A DNA stretch of 64,000 nt from positions 71,114,001 to 71,178,000 of the forward strand of contig NC_083276.1 of assembly GCF_963506605.1 (NCBI RefSeq), read 5' to 3'. This DNA comes from Zootoca vivipara (taxonomy: Eukaryota). Both the position numbers and the translations under genes were made by a program. Shown here one piece after another: positions 46,469 to 64,000 of the stretch. Under the pieces are notes generated by a model. The model was not told the DNA's origin. It did not search any database and worked only from the letters and a program-made list of their open reading frames with translations. Numbering within the stretch: the stretch's first letter is position 1; each line of letters starts with the position of its first letter.

Positions 46469-46716
46469 CAGTGGTATCTCGGGTTACAAATGCTTCAGGT
46501 TACAGACGCTTCAGGTTACAAACTCTGCTAACCCAGAAATAGTACCTCAGGTTAAGAACTTTGCTTCAGGATGAGAATAGAAATTGTGCTCCGGCGGTGT
46601 GGTGGCAGCAGGAGGCCCCCATTAGCCTCAGGTTAGTGGTGCTTCAGGTTAAGAACAGTTTCAGGTTAAGAACAGACCTCTGGAACGAATTAAGTTCTTA
46701 ACCAGAGGTACCACTC
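46469..46716. mobile_element. Tc1/mariner (Tigger-like) MITE
   Basis: TA|CAGTGGTATCTCGGGTTAC...TAACCAGAGGTACCACTC|TA; internal CTTCAGGTTA repeats. Confidence 0.75.
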
Positions 46717-48085
46717 TATTGGGTTTTGCCTTCAGCTAAGTTTTACTCAGGTCCAGTAATTTCATTGGGTTTACTCTGAGCCATAAATGTTGAATGCTAC
46801 TCAAATTTTTTTAGTCATTAACACATCATTAATTTAGATTATATAAGAGCTTAGATCTTGATGAAAGTAATTGTGGTCATAATCTTCTGGGACAGTATTT
46901 TCAAAATATTATGTAGGTTGTTCAGTATGAACTAACTGGAGAGTGAGGTTAGGGTGAAGCTATCTCTTCCTAAGAATTTGCTTTGTAATGCTTCATTGTG
47001 TCAGTTTCAAACAGGGTTTTTTATTGTTTTAGTTTTCACTTTAATCTGATCAGCACAAGAGCATAAATCTTAGCTTTGCGGAGGATCAGCATGGTTGCTT
47101 CAGATATTGGAGCAGATGGACACACACTGCAGGGGAAGCTATCATCCCAGTGTCCTGTGGTTCTTGCTCTGAAGGGGTGTCATTCATGTTACTTTTATTG
47201 CTTCTTTCAGCCTCTCTGCACAGTTGATTTTCAGTGCATGTGTATGAAATACTAATTTGTTGTATAGTGTCCCACATGGTTTTCCTCAAGGTTGTATTTA
47301 TGTTACAGAGATCGTTCAGATCCCCAACACTGGTTGTAATATATTTTGTACCTGGGAAATTGTTAATACTTCCCCTCCACCCCTGAACAGTACGACACCT
47401 ATTGATTGATTGATTGATTGAAACATTTTTCAGTGTGACATTGAACATGCTCATCCATGCCATTCTGACTCCTGATCTGCATGTGGTCAATGAAACAGGT
47501 GCATAAATCATATGAGTATACAAGTCAGGGTTCCTAGGAGTTGTCTCCTATGATTGTGAGGCTGTTTTCAATTTTATACTGTTTTCTATTGTCCACTTAA
47601 CCTGTATTTCATATCTGAATGACTGGGTCACATAAGGACATGTTGTTGATACAGTTATGAAATCTCCCTTTTGAATTATCTGCTCCTGATTAGGGATAAG
47701 AAAATGAAGGTTGGATATGGTATTGTCTGAAATAACTTTCAGATAAGGAGTGGGTGTGATCTTTTATTTAAAAGCCTCATTGTTTAAACTTAATTTTATA
47801 CCTTAGTGTTCTTGTAATCGTTTGATCCACTGTGACACACCTTTGGTATAAATCAGGTTAAATAAACAAAAACAAGCAATAATTACTAAAAAATTGACTG
47901 CTTGAAGAAATTCATAGAGCAGGACAATGTATTCATACTTAAGAGGTAAACCAATTTTGGTGTCCCCCCCCCCCAAATGAAGAGACTCAGCCCTATATTA
48001 TTAAATGCTTTTTATTTACAGGTAATTTACTGAATTATAAAATCGATAATAAAATTGCACTTGCAAATATTTAATTTATTTATAT

Positions 48086-62277
<14,192 letters not shown>

Positions 62278-64000
62278 CTGTAACACGCAATTGACACCAC
62301 CAAGTTTGATATTGAAAGAAATTTAAAAACTGATTTAATGTCTATTTCAGTTATTTCTGAATTAGGAACAATACCAAACTTCACATAACTCTATTTAACA
62401 CTGGGGAATGAGAGGCTTTTGTGTTATCAAATAAACTTCATATAATTCCTGATTATTAAACTACTATCAAATATATACACATATTATAGAAGTATGACTC
62501 ATTCATCAGATTCAATTCATTGCATAAATTGAATGATACAATTAAATTGAGAAACTGTTTTCTATTCAAAGATACAAATAATTGCATACAAGTAACAAAT
62601 TATTTGGAGGTCAAATGAATAGCAAAAAGTGAAAAAGTGTAAGCTTAGCATGATATTAATGTTTTATTAAATGACAAGGTATGATAGTTCTAAGACTCCA
62701 TCTACAAATTCAGAGGAAAGCACATGGGAAGATTGTATGGCTTCAGATTGCAGTTGGGAAATTGCACGTCTGAATTCACCCTTCATCTAAAAATATAGCA
62801 TGTTGGGGAGAAAGCACAATAGTCTAGAATGGGAGCATTTCATTTACTTTCCATATTTTATGCTACAGCCCATCAAGTCAGTTATCTCTTCATTAAGTAT
62901 AAGCAGGAACACAAAATAATAAATACTGTATACTAAACAAAGAAAAAATCGCCTCTTCCTCATTACTCATGCTATGTTCCCTTACAATTAGAAATCAAAA
63001 CTCTAATCAGGCCTCTAGTGATTTTTGTGCAACTCTGTAATGCAACAATTCCCTCTCTGAGGCCTGTAAAAAGGCACCATGTTTCATGAGGATGGTAAGG
63101 ATGAATTTGGTGGGAGATTGGTCATTGACTTGTTAACATAACATAAATAAATGATGGCCAAACATTTATTGGGTTTGGAAAGAAGGGAAATGTTATTCAC
63201 CCATCATCTAAACAAGAATATATTCTCAACTGTGTATCTCTGTAATATCTGCTCAGTAAAAATCCCTTTTAATATGTTGTTTGAGATATAAAAGGTCTCA
63301 GGAGTTAAAAACCAATTCCAAATAAACCTACAGTAATCAAACAGCCATGGTAGTCTCTATTTTTCTGAACTGAAGAGTGAAACATTAGATTACTCTTCAA
63401 AGTAGAGGAGATTAAAGGAACGGAATATCACAGTGTCCATTGGAAGACTGTTGAGAGGGTCAATGGGAAGATTGTTGCAGCAGTAATAAGTAATGGGCTC
63501 AATGGGACTTTAGATGCTAATACACATTAGCATCTCAAGAGGGAGTAAGAACCCTTGGATCTAATGTTAGGTTCCAGAGTTAATTATCTTACTCCCTCTT
63601 TAGATGCTAATGTGTATTACTTCAAATGTTGTTATGGCACCCCCCACCCTATAGATAGTAAGATGGGGTAGACAGTGTGGTGGCTTCTAGTTGTTGCTGG
63701 ACTACAATTCTCATCATCCCTGACAATTGGCCATGCTGGCTAGTAGTCCAACAACATCTGGAGTGCATCACATTGGCTATCCCTGTGAAAATATATATCA
63801 CTTCATTTATTTCAAAATGCATCAGCCCAGCCCTACTGAGCTTTGGAGCTCACTCTGTTGAGTGCACCTGTATGTCAAAGCCCCAGCCTGAGAGCATGCA
63901 ACACTGACTGGACATAGATCGGACAAGACAACTATGGCAAATAATAGTTGTTACAGGAACATCTCTTATAATACACCTAGAGCTCTCTCCTTCTAACAAT

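Overview
This is vertebrate genomic DNA, most likely from a lacertid lizard, judging by Sauria SINEs, a BovB/RTE fragment and Squam3-like SINEs. It covers the conserved block NUCB2 (+, last 7 coding exons) - NCR3LG1/B7-H6-like gene (+, complete, 11516-28959) - KCNJ11/Kir6.2 (-, intronless) - ABCC8/SUR1 (-, last 13 exons). I read the exon boundaries by hand from splice sites and frame continuity. The most striking feature is the B7-H6-like gene. After the expected signal peptide, IgV, IgC1 and transmembrane exons, the frame continues through phase-1 exons encoding five more C1-like Ig domains. This predicts an ~876 aa type I protein with ~590 aa of Ig-like domains on the cytoplasmic side. Four of these five domains lack the canonical B-F disulfide pair, whereas human B7-H6 has a retroviral Gag-like tail at this position. 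The promoter carries an adjacent IRF/ISRE and GAS pair, and intron 1 has kB-like motifs. Introns hold many datable transposons: a solo LTR with a 5-bp TSD, hAT MITEs with 8-bp TSDs, Tc1/mariner MITEs, a Helitron, and BovB, CR1 and Penelope fragments. Repeat family names come from recall of consensus features, not from a search.
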